A stretch of DNA of 63,978 nt, counting the filler, from Nemertoderma westbladi (taxonomy: Eukaryota; Animalia; Xenacoelomorpha), in assembly GCA_032718475.1 (NCBI GenBank). It is 3 parts of 3 records of this genome, joined end to end, with 100 filler letters (N's around TTAATTAATTAA, not from the genome) between each part and the next. Parts side by side here need not be neighbours in the genome. Positions count along the whole stretch, not along the records: positions 1 to 28,651 come from JAUCBJ010007395.1; 2 more parts are not named here. One strand, 5' to 3'. Below, one piece after another: positions 1 through 11,834 of this stretch (the first letter of the stretch is position 1; each line of letters opens with the position of its first letter). The notes under the pieces were generated by a model, which worked only from the letters and a program-made list of their open reading frames with translations, did not search any database and was not told where the DNA came from. Both the position numbers and the translations under genes were made by a program.

Positions 1-522
1 AGGCATGCAGTTCCGTCAGTCCGTTTGGTATGTAGTCCGTTAAAGGATATATGCCCTTTATAATTAAACCTACTAGTGTACGACTAAAAAGCAGTACAGC
101 ACAAAATATTTCTAAGCCGTTCTTTCTTTGGCTCAAGACTGAATGAATAAAACACTGCACATAGGCATTGCGTCATTTCTAGGAAATTCTCTGTACAAGG
201 AGCCACAAAAACGCTCTCATTGGCTGACTGAGCTGAGAGACGCCGTAGAACAAAGGAAATCAACACGTATGAATGTCAGCTGTTAACCGTAGTCATAGTA
301 ACTACTGTTCAAGAGTAGCTATCACTCCTTTGCGTCACGAATTGCCATAGAATCATAAAAATATACCTTTCACAATACACATACGGAGGAAATAAGTCTT
401 AGATCCTCTAAAAACACCGATACAGTAATAATACGGTCTCTTACACTTATTAAATCAACTACAGAGTATTTTAATGTAAAAGATAATAAAAATAACGGGG
501 CAATTCAGCAAAGGCTTTTACA
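1..522 (-). mobile_element. 5' part of an LTR distantly related to the LTRs of elements 2 and 3 (cut by window edge)
   Basis: Minus strand begins TGTAAAAGCCTTTGC at 522 (element 2: TGTAAAAGCTTCTG; element 3: TGTAAAGGCTTTTGC). Shares ordered blocks with element 3: AAAACACC..TACAGTAA, CAGCTG, GAACAAAG, CGCTCT(C/G)ATTGG. Confidence 0.6.
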
Positions 523-1831
523 AGTACTATCCTCATGAGATGTTAAAATAAAAATTGAATGCTTTTCGAACGTCTTTCAAATCTTTAAATGGTTGTATTA
601 CTGTTGTTTTATTTTTAGCGATGAAAAATTTCAATCATTTTGGATAAAGTTATTGTTGAACTACTGTATTGCTGAACTTTAAACCCAATAATGTCAGAAT
701 GTATTATTTCATGAAAATGTATATTTATCAAACAATTCATAATGAAATCAGTTGCAATATGGAACAGAGATTCAAAATATGGTTCAAAATATTAGGCTGT
801 GGAAACATCTCAATGAAAGAGGGGTGAAGTTGTATTTGGGGGTCGCTACCTCCTATAATACAGTAATGGTAATGCGGTATGCCTGGTGTAGTGCAATAAA
901 ATAAAATTAGTAATCTACTTTAGTCACCAATTGAGGAAAGGGAGCAGGTTACAGAGACGGCTTTTTCTAACCAAAACAATAAACGGTGATGTTACCAATG
1001 GAGGGAAAAGAGCAGGTTACAGAGACGTTGTTTCTTAAACAAAACAGTAATTGTTTATTGGACGAAGGTTGCTTGCGGGCGAAGGTTTCGGCTGGGCGAT
1101 AGTAGCCATTTTGGGGGCGAAAATTGCTCCGGGCGAAGATTGGACGCTTTGAATAATTAGACTTTCGGAACGCTGCTCTCGAAATCTGGGGTGAAATTCT
1201 GGAGCATTTGGCGCTAGGAAAATGCCCAGAAGGGTGGCATTCCTCGCTGGGGGCATTTCCGCCTGTGACACCTAACTAACTACCTAACTGTGGCCTAATG
1301 ACCCGTGGTAGAATGCTTGTTAATGTAGTTTAGTTTTGATACTTTAGTACTATGTGAAATTGTAACTACAGTCCAATCCCTTCTGTAACTTCTGTTACTG
1401 AATCCAAGCAACCACCAACAGAATTGTAATGAGGATTCCAGTGGCGGCCACTCCTGTAGCCCCGGCAACGTTGCAATCATCCGTGTCGCAGCATACGAAC
1501 CCTGGCAAGTACAAAGGACTAAAGTTACCGTCATTATTCTTAGCAGCATCAATGCAGGTTTGATCAGTGTCAGCGTATACATCATCAACTTGTGGATCAA
1601 CGAAGTTTGTCTCGTCGGCCAATTTTGCGGCTATTCCTTTAATCTAAATTAATTAAAAATTAAATAATTTTCCTGATTAAAGCTTTGTATTGGAAATACT
1701 GTAATCGTTTACAAATTATTTTGGTTGTTAAAAATAATATATTACAGTAGAATAATAAACTACAGTTTTAAACACAAAGTGAATAATGTTAATTTTAACA
1801 AAATTGAACAAAACTATTAAAATATTGGGGC

Positions 1832-3094
1832 AAGTATTGGTTGACCGAAGGATTGGTTGACCGAAGTATTGGTTGACCGAAGTATTGGTTGACCGAAGGA
1901 TTGGTTGACCGAAGGATTGGTTGACCGAAGGATTGGTTGACCGAAGTATTGGTTGACCGAAGTATTGGTTGACCGAAGTATTGGTTGACCGAAGTATTGG
2001 TTGACCGAAGTATTGGTTGACCGAAGTATTGGTTGACCGAAGTATTGGTTGACCGAAGGATTGGTTGACCGAAGGATTGGTTGACCGAAGTATTGGTTGA
2101 CCGAAGTATTGGTTGACCGAAGTATTGGTTGACCGAAGTATTGGTTGACCGAAGTATTGGTTGACCGAAGTATTGGTTGACCGAAGGATTGGTTGACCGA
2201 AGTATTGGTTGACCGAAGTATTGGTTGACCGAAGGATTGGTTGACCGAAGGATTGGTTGACCGAAGGATTGGTTGACCGAAGGATTGGTTGACCGAAGTA
2301 TTGCTTGACCGAAGTATTGGTTGACCGAAGTATTGGTTGACCGAAGTATTGGTTGACCGAAGTATTGGTTGACCGAAGTATTGGTTGAACGAAGTATTGG
2401 TTGACCGAAGGATTGGTTGACCGAAGGATTGGTTGACCGAAGGATTGGTTGACCGAAGTATTGGTTGACCGAAGGATTGGTTGACCGAAGGATTGGTTGA
2501 CCGAAGGATTGGTTGACCGAAGGATTGGTTGACCGAAGTATTGGTTGACCGAAGTATTGGTTGACCGAAGTATTGGTTGACCGAAGTATTGGTTGACCGA
2601 AGTATTGGTTGACCGAAGGATTGGTTGACCGAAGGATTGGTTGACCGAAGTATTGGTTGACCTAAGTATTGGTTGACCGAAGGATTGGTTGACCGAAGTA
2701 TTGGTTGACCGAAGTATTGGTTGACCGAAGTATTGGTTGACCGAAATATTGGTTGACCGAAATATTGGTTGACCGAAGGATTGGTTGACCGAAGGATTGG
2801 TTGACCGAAGGATTGGTTGACCGAAGTATTGGTTGACAGAAGTATTGGTTGAACGAAGTATTGGTTGACCGAAGTATTGGTTGACCGAAGTATTGGTTGA
2901 CAGAAGTATTGGTTGACCGAAATATTGGTTGACCGAAGGATTGGTTGACCGAAGGATTGGTTGACCGAAGTATTGGTTGACCGAAGTATTGGTTGACCGA
3001 AGTATTGGTTGACCGAAGTATTGGTTGACAGAAGTATTGGTTGACCGAAGTATTGGTTGACAGAAGTATTGGTTGACCGAAGTATTGGTTGACC
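1832..3094. repeat. 16-bp tandem repeat (TTGACCGAAGTATTGG)n, left arm, about 79 units
   Basis: Directly visible; common AGTA/AGGA variant; the ORF translations repeat every 16 aa (3 units). Confidence 0.98.
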
Positions 3095-3921
3095 TGTTGA
3101 TGACCTACTCATTGTTGTTATATCTTTTGTAACCCAACCATATGACTCTCCCCACATCATTCACCCTGTTATTATGCGTTGTCCTAACTATAGTTATATA
3201 AAGATAGGCCCATACATTCTATGTGATCTTTTATAAGTGCGCTACATTATTATATGGATAAAGAGGATAGGTATGGTATACCTTAGTATAGTTATACAAT
3301 GCCCACAGTAATTATCAGCAGCTTTAGTAAACCTTCCCTATTGGCCAACCTGTCCACAATATCTAATATTACTCAACCAGTGTTTCTCCTTGTTTATAAA
3401 GTGTATATCTCTCTGATTGGCTCACATGCAATGTTTATTTATCTCATTTGTACTTTCCTGTGGGTTTATATTGCCTTACATATTTGCTATATGATATAGC
3501 GGTTGTTATAGCTAGTTATCTGACAGTGACACTGAAGCGTTAGGGAAGCACAGCCGGTTTCAGTATGTTTAGAGTTGGATCTTTCATTAATGTATTAACA
3601 TCATAACAATTAAGATTACTGATTAAACCACATAAATCTACTTATCAACATTATTGCAATTATCATTATTATTAACGTTACCGTATACATTAACATAGTG
3701 CATTAATTATATTCATCTTGTTATCTTAGTGTAATTTAGAAATGCTATTGGGATTATATTGACAATTATTATTATTATATTTCATTTATATTTATACATG
3801 TTCTTTTAGCTAAGGTTAGATGCTTACATACATATGACAAATGACACAACTCAAAGGTCCATCCTGTTTCGTTTATTGATTTAGTTTATAAACATATCAA
3901 CGACCGAGTTGTGCGTTGATA
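3095..3921 (+). repeat. 5' LTR of element 1 (827 bp, TG...TA)
   Basis: Direct repeat of 11835-12663; by eye only a 2-bp indel and one substitution differ. Confidence 0.95.
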
Positions 3922-6900
3922 TTTTTTAATACATTAAATAGTTCCAGCTGGTTTTATTCTGGGTACCTTAAATGTACTTACATGTAGGAATAACGTTATT
4001 GTAAACGGGTTGGAAAATTATCTGGATGTAAAGGTGCTTCCTTATTTGTGCTTCAGTTTAGTGTCACTGTCATTTGTTTGACAAAGTGTTGGTACCGACC
4101 GTTTTGGTCTTTGGTACAACGTCAAACGTGGTCAGGCTATCCATTGTTATTAATTATTACATTGTGGTAGGCTTTACTGATCAAGTTTATAGACTAACAA
4201 TTATTGTCTGTCTATATGTACTTACGGTATATGCATTTAGGCTTTCAGTTTGTATCTGCCTTACTGCCTATCTGTATCTGTATACCGTATGTTATTGTTG
4301 TAGGCTGGTTGTAGAAGTTAAACAATTAATCAGTCTGTTACAGGACACGGCGGCGTAGTGTATCTTAATAGTTTTAAGATACTTGCTTCCTTACGTTCTT
4401 GTTAAGTCAGTTGGGTTTATATTTTTGTATATCTGTGTTATGTACATTTAGTTACACGACATTTACTATAGTAACCCACTAACCACTCCACGGCATAGTG
4501 ATTGTTTCGCCAGTGCAATTGCAGCAATTAAAGTTTTATATACTGTATGATACATTTATAGCTGATGTTATCATAGGACGTCATGAACCCTATGCTTACT
4601 TTATTCAGCTGGTGAATGTCATACTGTATTTTTTGCTTCAATTTTGCACTGTTGCAGCAGTCATCTATCGTGTCGTACTATCACTCACAGCAACAACTTC
4701 ACACTGTATATCACGGGATGTTTACGTAAAGGTACCGGTAGTTTAATAATAAGTGCACTACTAAAGATAATTATATACAGTTGTGTTCTCAAATAAAGTC
4801 CATTCTTCAATCTGTTCAATTTGCTCAATTTCATCAATCTGGAAATGTCTTTCATGACGCCGCAGGTTTCTAGCCCACTGAGTGATTGACAGGCGGACAT
4901 GGTTGGCTCCCCAAAATATAGCTGTTGGTTTAAAAGAGATTATTGCAGGGGTCAGATAATTATGGGGCACTTGCAAGCAAATAAAGTACATGTAGTAAGC
5001 ATAATTATTGATAACTGTTACAAATTAAATGTTTCACTCACTATGATTACATTTGGTCTAGCTAATAAAGAGATTATTCCATAAATATAATGGCAACATA
5101 ATCGATAGACGCTTTAGTGCAAACTGCGCTGAGTGAAAATTATATTTAACCTTCCTAATGTAACCGCTCCCGCCCATGCCTAACTTTACTTCCTACACTC
5201 ACATCTGCACATCTCTCTATCTATACATGCGGGTATGCGGCCCACAGAAAAGACAAGTCTTTCTTTCCTACTGTACTTATCAATTTCCTCTTGCTGCATA
5301 GGCTATTGTCTAACTAAGCAAGGGGGTTATTATGATACTCGTTAACTCGTTACACAGTTTGTACAGTCTACAAGGCGATTTCTTGACATTCAATAGGTAG
5401 GCCTACGTAGAATACGATGTATTAACCACCATGCCATGGCCATGGCATGTCCGGACCACCTGCACGTGGCGGTCAAACATGGGGGGGGGGGGGGGGGGGC
5501 ATTTACTACTCCCTGCAATCCAATTAGCCCTGTGGAGGTGCCTCAAGTCTATATAACGCATGTGGTGGAATATAGCGGTTAAACAAAGTAACAAAGGTTT
5601 GGACGACAAGAAATTTTGCAACAGAAAATTAAGAATTTGATTCTGCTTTTAAATTTGTTTATTTACATAAAGTGGAAAATATTTATCACTATGACTGTAG
5701 CTTGATTAAATTTATAAAGGGATTCCTGGCTTGACAGGGCAGCATATTAATTCAACTAGGCGGCAAAAGTGCGGCCCATTTCATTAGTGCCATTGTTACA
5801 CAAGGCCATGCCATGTTGAATTATGGAGTTGGAGAAATTGGACAATAACTTCTGCAGACGGCAGGTGTACTGAAACTGCAATTCAGAAAGTCACCACACA
5901 CCATCTGTTTTGTTACTGTGCCTGTCAATCACTCTCAAGCTCTGCAGGATTCCAATAGTAGCATGGCCTATAGATGTTTGAAGTAGCCGCCCTGCTCTTT
6001 GAGCGTAGTCTACCCGCCTAGCCGCCCTGCTCTTTATTCCCCTGCCCTACACAGCCCTATACTAACCCATGGCATCTCTACACAGAGGGATACTTCGGCT
6101 CTACATTTTCAATCTGTTAAATCTGATCAATCTAGACAGAAAGTCTGGATTGAAGAAGTTGAAAGTAGGTTCAATTTCATCAATCTAACTATTATTTTTA
6201 TATGGGACTAGATTGACCTAGATTGATGGAGATTGAAGAATGGATTTTAATTGTGAACAAGACTGTATATATCACCGGTACTGTGTTTACTAGACATACT
6301 TATTAGGCAGACAACACATAGTGCCTACTATATTTTATTATTAAATCTGCGGATATTCTTGTGTTGTTTAAAATGGTGTAGGCCTTTTATCATTATCTAT
6401 CATATCCATGTTCTTTCTGCACATCAAATATTATTGATATTGAATCGTTATATTATTTTGTTAGATTAACACATTTGTTTTGTTATATATATTGTGGAAT
6501 ATATGGCAGTATATAATATTAAACATCGGTTGCTGGTATTGTGAATGGCAATCAGCATTATTTAAAAATCTGCTTAAACATATATTATTGAAATACATTT
6601 GATAGTGTAGGCCTTTGTTTATTTGTAGGGTTTTCAAGTTGAGTAGGCTGCACCATCACTGTTTTCCCTGAATGCGGCCAGTACTTCTGTACAAATTGTA
6701 AGTTGCCTCGTAACGGTAACTCGTAAAATTATTAAAGACGATATCCTACGCAGTACTCACAAGTGGTTGGGTTCAGGTGTTCAGTTTATTTGGGTGGACG
6801 CATTTGAATATATTGAACATTTTGAACTTCGGTTTACCTCTCAAGTTTTTGTCAAATTGTCAATAAATTGGCAAATTAAATTTTCCCCAATATATCAAAT

Positions 6901-6927
6901 AAGTTAAATAAAATCAACAAATGAGAT

Positions 6928-8691
6928 ATGGCTACTGGGGGAAATAATCCCACAGTCAATGAGGATGTTAATGTTGATGACATTTTGGGTCAAAGTTATT
7001 CACGTGTTTCATCCCCATCGTCATCCGTTGGAACGGCAGTAACAGCTACAGTCATGTCTGAAACAGAGACCAAATCGCAGAATGACGCAATATTGTTACA
7101 GGAAACATTGCAATTGCGAGCATTTTTGCAGGAAACTCCAGTAGAACAAGCTGTACTGCAAGTAGAGGCACAACAACCTCCAGAAGAACAAGTGCCACGC
7201 AGATCTACGAGGCATCATCCAACACAAGTGGTGAATGAAAGTGATAATATCAATACATCCTCACTAACTAAGAGTCTGTCTGGATATCTTAGTAATGTTA
7301 CCCGGCTTGATCGTACAATAAGTGAAAATCAACATACAGATAAATCCATACCTCGTGATTTATTGACCAAGTTGGGAAATGCTTATTCCAAAGTAATTGA
7401 TAAAATAGGTGAGTTGAAGTTGGCGTATGAGCGCCAGGGTATGTCTATGCCAGTGAAATATACTGACATGTTAATGCAATTCATAGCCAAGGAGGCCAAT
7501 ATGTGTACCAGTGTAGATGACTTCTATGAGTCTGGACGATCTGTGCAGGCAAAAGAACTCACACGTGTTGGTATACATGCCGAAGCACCATGGCTGAATA
7601 ACCCCGATGTAACAACAACAAATGAGCAGGTCACTATTAGAAATAAAGAATCCGTGCCAAACTATATAAGTTTACCACACAATTCTAGAATTAACAGAAG
7701 TCGAGATATCGCCACAAGAACCGATACAAACAGTATACATCCTTCACACTCTGCTAGTGCAACATTTGCAACAAAGAAGCTGAGGAAGGATAAATCGCGA
7801 CTAACAAGCATTTTAAGTGGCACATCGGCTTCATTATCTAGACTACAAGTTGAAGCTTCGATGGAACTGGAACTCTCCAAACTTATGGACAAACAAGCTG
7901 AGGAACAGCTTGATTGGAAAACCAGTCAGGCAACAAAAGCCAAACTACAGGCAGATGCTGAGGCAAAGGAAGCGAAGTTACAAACTGAACTTGAATCCAT
8001 ACACAAAGCAAAAGAGGTGCAAAGGGCAAATGAATTAAAGGCAAATAATCTTATTGAGCAAGCAACCTTTGACAGACAACAGGCACGGTTTGATCTTCAG
8101 CGCAAACAATTGGTTGCTGATTTATTGCAAAAGGAGAATCAACGCAGGGAAGAATTGTCTGAAAGACATCAGAATGTGATTCCACCAGAGCACCCTCCTG
8201 AGCAACTTGGTCAAACAAAAAACTCAGACAAACCTTATTCACAGACAGTTACTTTTAAACAAGATGATCACATAAATAAACAGATAAAATCTAAAGTAAC
8301 AAAAGTGGTTAATAAAAATGATACACCCGTACTGATTGGTGCACAGGAAGAAATTTCTGGTCTCCGTGCTTCTGCGGACTCCTATGTACCCAGACACAGG
8401 ACAAATGAGTGCGATCAGGATAGGGGATATGAACCATACATGCCCATCGCAGAAAATAATTTTGACAACAACGGTAAACATGTAGATAATAACACACCTC
8501 ATACAGGTATTGGTAACGGATTTAAGGGAAAATATTGGCATGATGATATATCAGCCAATATTCACAAATCTTCTAGTCCCATTGATTTTGAGAAATCACA
8601 TTTACAATCTATGGGTGACAGTCTGCCCAACTATAATCGTGGTCAGTATAACCATATAAACAGCTTGCCAACACATTGTTACTACATATAA
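6928..8691 (+). CDS. gag: BEL/Pao Gag N-terminal region (coiled-coil, low complexity), 587 aa
   Basis: Long ORF inside the LTR element; E/K/A/Q-rich helical segment typical of BEL gag; overlaps the downstream -1 frame ORF. Confidence 0.75.
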   Translation: MATGGNNPTVNEDVNVDDILGQSYSRVSSPSSSVGTAVTATVMSETETKSQNDAILLQETLQLRAFLQETPVEQAVLQVEAQQPPEEQVPRRSTRHHPTQVVNESDNINTSSLTKSLSGYLSNVTRLDRTISENQHTDKSIPRDLLTKLGNAYSKVIDKIGELKLAYERQGMSMPVKYTDMLMQFIAKEANMCTSVDDFYESGRSVQAKELTRVGIHAEAPWLNNPDVTTTNEQVTIRNKESVPNYISLPHNSRINRSRDIATRTDTNSIHPSHSASATFATKKLRKDKSRLTSILSGTSASLSRLQVEASMELELSKLMDKQAEEQLDWKTSQATKAKLQADAEAKEAKLQTELESIHKAKEVQRANELKANNLIEQATFDRQQARFDLQRKQLVADLLQKENQRREELSERHQNVIPPEHPPEQLGQTKNSDKPYSQTVTFKQDDHINKQIKSKVTKVVNKNDTPVLIGAQEEISGLRASADSYVPRHRTNECDQDRGYEPYMPIAENNFDNNGKHVDNNTPHTGIGNGFKGKYWHDDISANIHKSSSPIDFEKSHLQSMGDSLPNYNRGQYNHINSLPTHCYYI

Positions 8692-11030
8692 ACAGTAAAA
8701 TTATAGACAATGTAGAACCAGGAGTTAATTACATGAGTTATCATCCAATTTTTGCTGGACAAAGGGATGTGCCACGAGGTACACATCCTCTTGACATTAC
8801 ATACACTGGCACTCCAAATGTCGGAAGTGTTAGTCCACCATTTGTTGGAAGTGGAGAGCCACCATTCTGGAATTACAGTGGTGAAGGCCACTCTCTAAGT
8901 GGAGGTGGTGGTTTACCAAATAATTGTAGTGGTGGTTGTGGTCACCCTCCAGGTGACAATGGCGGTGGACCACCTGCAGGTAATGGTGGTTGTAAGGATA
9001 GTAATCACCCACCATATGGTGCTTATTTATCACCGGGTGGGCAAAGTGATATATTAAATCCTCTTGGCAGATCTTCATACACAGGAAGAGATGATGGTTA
9101 TGAGAGGGCATTATTAGACCGTGTTGCCCTTTCATCTCATACACCACTACCTAAACCTGAAAGGTTCGGTGGTGCACCAGAGGATTATATTACTTTTTCA
9201 GTAAACTTTAATGCTACAATAGGAATCAAACAAATTAGTGATCAGGAGAAATTTTCATATCTCCTTGCATATCTCACTGGGCCTCCAAAGGAGGCTGTGA
9301 AAGGTTTTATCAATGCACCTTATGGCTATCGTTTAGCATGGGCATTACTTGATCAAAGATATGGTCATGTTACTAAGATAATCCGATCAACCTTCGATTC
9401 TCTTATTCTAAGTAAACCTGCCGTTAAGTTTAATTCAGCTGATTTGATGTTATATGCAGATCAGATACGTAATGTATATAATACATTAAAACATTTGAAA
9501 AATCCTCAGGAGATGAACAGCCATCATAATCTTCGTGCAATCATTGCTCGCCTTCCACAAGAACTTATAAGAAAGTGGCAGATGGAAGCCACACGAATCT
9601 CAAATAGGAGAAGGTCAGAAACAGGTCTAGCTTCTGATCCTACATTATTGGATGTTCTTCGTTTTGTGAATTTCTATGCTGAGGTTGGAGATCATCCTCA
9701 TTATTCACAATTATACACAGTTTCCACAAAGGATCAACAACAGAGTAGTGATAAAGGAAAAGTAGTCAAAGTATCTAATGATCCTCTTAAGGACACAAGG
9801 AAGGTCACATCAATGATAGTTCAAACCAAGCATAAGGGTAATCTGTCATCGCCTGTAATTTCAAATACTCCTCCAGAATGCACTTTGTGTGAAGGAGTTT
9901 CACATTTTTTGTATAAATGTCCACAGTTTATTGCAATGACTGGTTCTCAAAAGGGAAATGTAATTTGGAAACAACATGGTTGTTTCAAGTGTTCCCGTTC
10001 AGGACATATAGCAATAAATTGCCCTTTCTCTCTTATATGTCCAGAGTGTCAAGGTAATCACGCATCCATAATGCATAATGTAAACACTCGTAAATTGATT
10101 AATATCTCATCTTCCAAGCAGCCAAAGGGAGACAAAAATGTCACCGATAAGTACCCATCTGGGTCTAAGGAAAATCCAAAGGTACTGTCATCCACAATGA
10201 CGAACAAGTTTCAGGATAGCCTAAATCAAACAATCCTCCCAATCGTCTCCTTAAAGGTATGCATTTGTGGAAGAATGGTTTCTACCTTCGCTTTAATCGA
10301 TGGTGGTTCTACCAACTCATTCATACACAAGGAAGTTACTCAAATCTTAAATTGTGAACCAGAAGTATATAGTTCTTTGTCGATGACAACTCTTCTTCAC
10401 AATGAAAATGATGTTGAGATTGGTATAACTCAATGCCAATTTTTATCGTTAATTGATGGACGAGTCATAGGTGATGTTAGCGTTTATGTATCAGATAAAT
10501 TGAAGCTAGGAAATAGAACATCACATGATTCCTTGTTATCTAGTTTTCCGCACTTGTCAGCTATTGATCTCAATTCTAAAGGTATAGATTTACCATTTGT
10601 AAGTGTCCTAATTGGACAGGATGTTCCTCTTGCACATTATAAACTAGAACAATGTTATGGTGACTCACCCCTCAGCCAACCATATGCAACATTATCTCCC
10701 TTTGGATGGTACATTTCTGGTCCATTAGTTAATCCACTTTGTAACCAGCGGAAACAAGAATCTGTAAATGCATTTAAGACACAGGTAAAACCTCCACCAC
10801 CTATTGATATTAAACGTCATTTATCCCAGTTCTGGGACCTTGAAAATCTTGGGTATGGCCGACTCGAAGACCATGACAACTCGATTCAACATGAATCAGC
10901 AAATGATAAGCGTGCCAGGCAGATCCTCACAGAGACAACTGTTTTTTGTGAAGAGGATGGTAAGTATGAAGTAGGTATGTTATGGGATTGTGATCCCAAT
11001 ACCATACTTAACCATACTAAATTAATTTAA
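8676..11030 (+). CDS. BEL/Pao Gag core (DUF1759-like, three zinc knuckles) plus aspartic protease, ending before RT
   Basis: PERFGG...QEKFSYLLAYLTGPPKEAV...AWALLDQRYG; knuckles CTLCEGVSHFLYKC, CFKCSRSGHIAINC, CPECQGNH; protease ALIDGGS (D at 10299); BEL pre-RT linker FWDLENLG...GKYEVGMLW, then stop. Confidence 0.88.
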   Translation: MLLHINSKIIDNVEPGVNYMSYHPIFAGQRDVPRGTHPLDITYTGTPNVGSVSPPFVGSGEPPFWNYSGEGHSLSGGGGLPNNCSGGCGHPPGDNGGGPPAGNGGCKDSNHPPYGAYLSPGGQSDILNPLGRSSYTGRDDGYERALLDRVALSSHTPLPKPERFGGAPEDYITFSVNFNATIGIKQISDQEKFSYLLAYLTGPPKEAVKGFINAPYGYRLAWALLDQRYGHVTKIIRSTFDSLILSKPAVKFNSADLMLYADQIRNVYNTLKHLKNPQEMNSHHNLRAIIARLPQELIRKWQMEATRISNRRRSETGLASDPTLLDVLRFVNFYAEVGDHPHYSQLYTVSTKDQQQSSDKGKVVKVSNDPLKDTRKVTSMIVQTKHKGNLSSPVISNTPPECTLCEGVSHFLYKCPQFIAMTGSQKGNVIWKQHGCFKCSRSGHIAINCPFSLICPECQGNHASIMHNVNTRKLINISSSKQPKGDKNVTDKYPSGSKENPKVLSSTMTNKFQDSLNQTILPIVSLKVCICGRMVSTFALIDGGSTNSFIHKEVTQILNCEPEVYSSLSMTTLLHNENDVEIGITQCQFLSLIDGRVIGDVSVYVSDKLKLGNRTSHDSLLSSFPHLSAIDLNSKGIDLPFVSVLIGQDVPLAHYKLEQCYGDSPLSQPYATLSPFGWYISGPLVNPLCNQRKQESVNAFKTQVKPPPPIDIKRHLSQFWDLENLGYGRLEDHDNSIQHESANDKRARQILTETTVFCEEDGKYEVGMLWDCDPNTILNHTKLI

Positions 11031-11677
11031 CTGTTTGAATTATGGTAAAGACGCAGGTTGTTAAAACAACAATAATAACAGACGACGGAACCGACCAATC
11101 TGAGGGCTCAGATGGCGGTGTAGTCATGGATACAAACTAAAATAATTAATGGGAGACGCTAATGGTTTCTACATTTTACACGGATTGTTGAAAACTTTAA
11201 GATAACATCATTAGTTCCCATTACTTGTTTTACAGTATTATAGAATCTTCAAATATTTTCCAATGAGTTTTAGTTTAGTATTAATGGAATTTGGTCAATG
11301 GTGAGCTTTGTGCTGCGTGTAGGCATGTGGTATATTTTTAGTAACGTATTACATAGCTAATGTTCGATTTAATTGTTTGTCATTGTTATGGAATGGAACC
11401 ATTTTTGGAAGGGTTAGTTTATATTTGCCATAATTCGTTTTATTTAGCAAATAATCCATCTTTAATGTGCGGGAGTAAGAAGTATTTTTAGAAAATGTTC
11501 TTTTTTTTTTATTTACGTTATCCTAATAATTCTCTATGTTATTGTTCAGTTACTTTACACATTTTACTTATACAAGACATATACTATTAGCTCACATTTT
11601 CTTTAAACTGGTATTATATTTTTTTGTTATATATACCAATCTATATACAGTCAGTACAAAATGCGTTTATCTTCTCA

Positions 11678-11782
11678 AGGTTTATATTGTCATACTATGC
11701 CAGGTTTATATTGTCATACTATGCCAGGTTTATATTGTCATACTATGCCAGGTTTATATTGTCATACTATGCCAGGTTTATA
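11678..11782. repeat. 24-bp tandem repeat (AGGTTTATATTGTCATACTATGCC), about 4.3 copies, in the element 1 3' UTR
   Basis: Directly visible just upstream of the PPT. Confidence 0.9.
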
Positions 11783-11834
11783 CATTTTCAGTTTGTGAAG
11801 GTAGGGTATTGTACCCATACCTTGAGTGTGGGGA

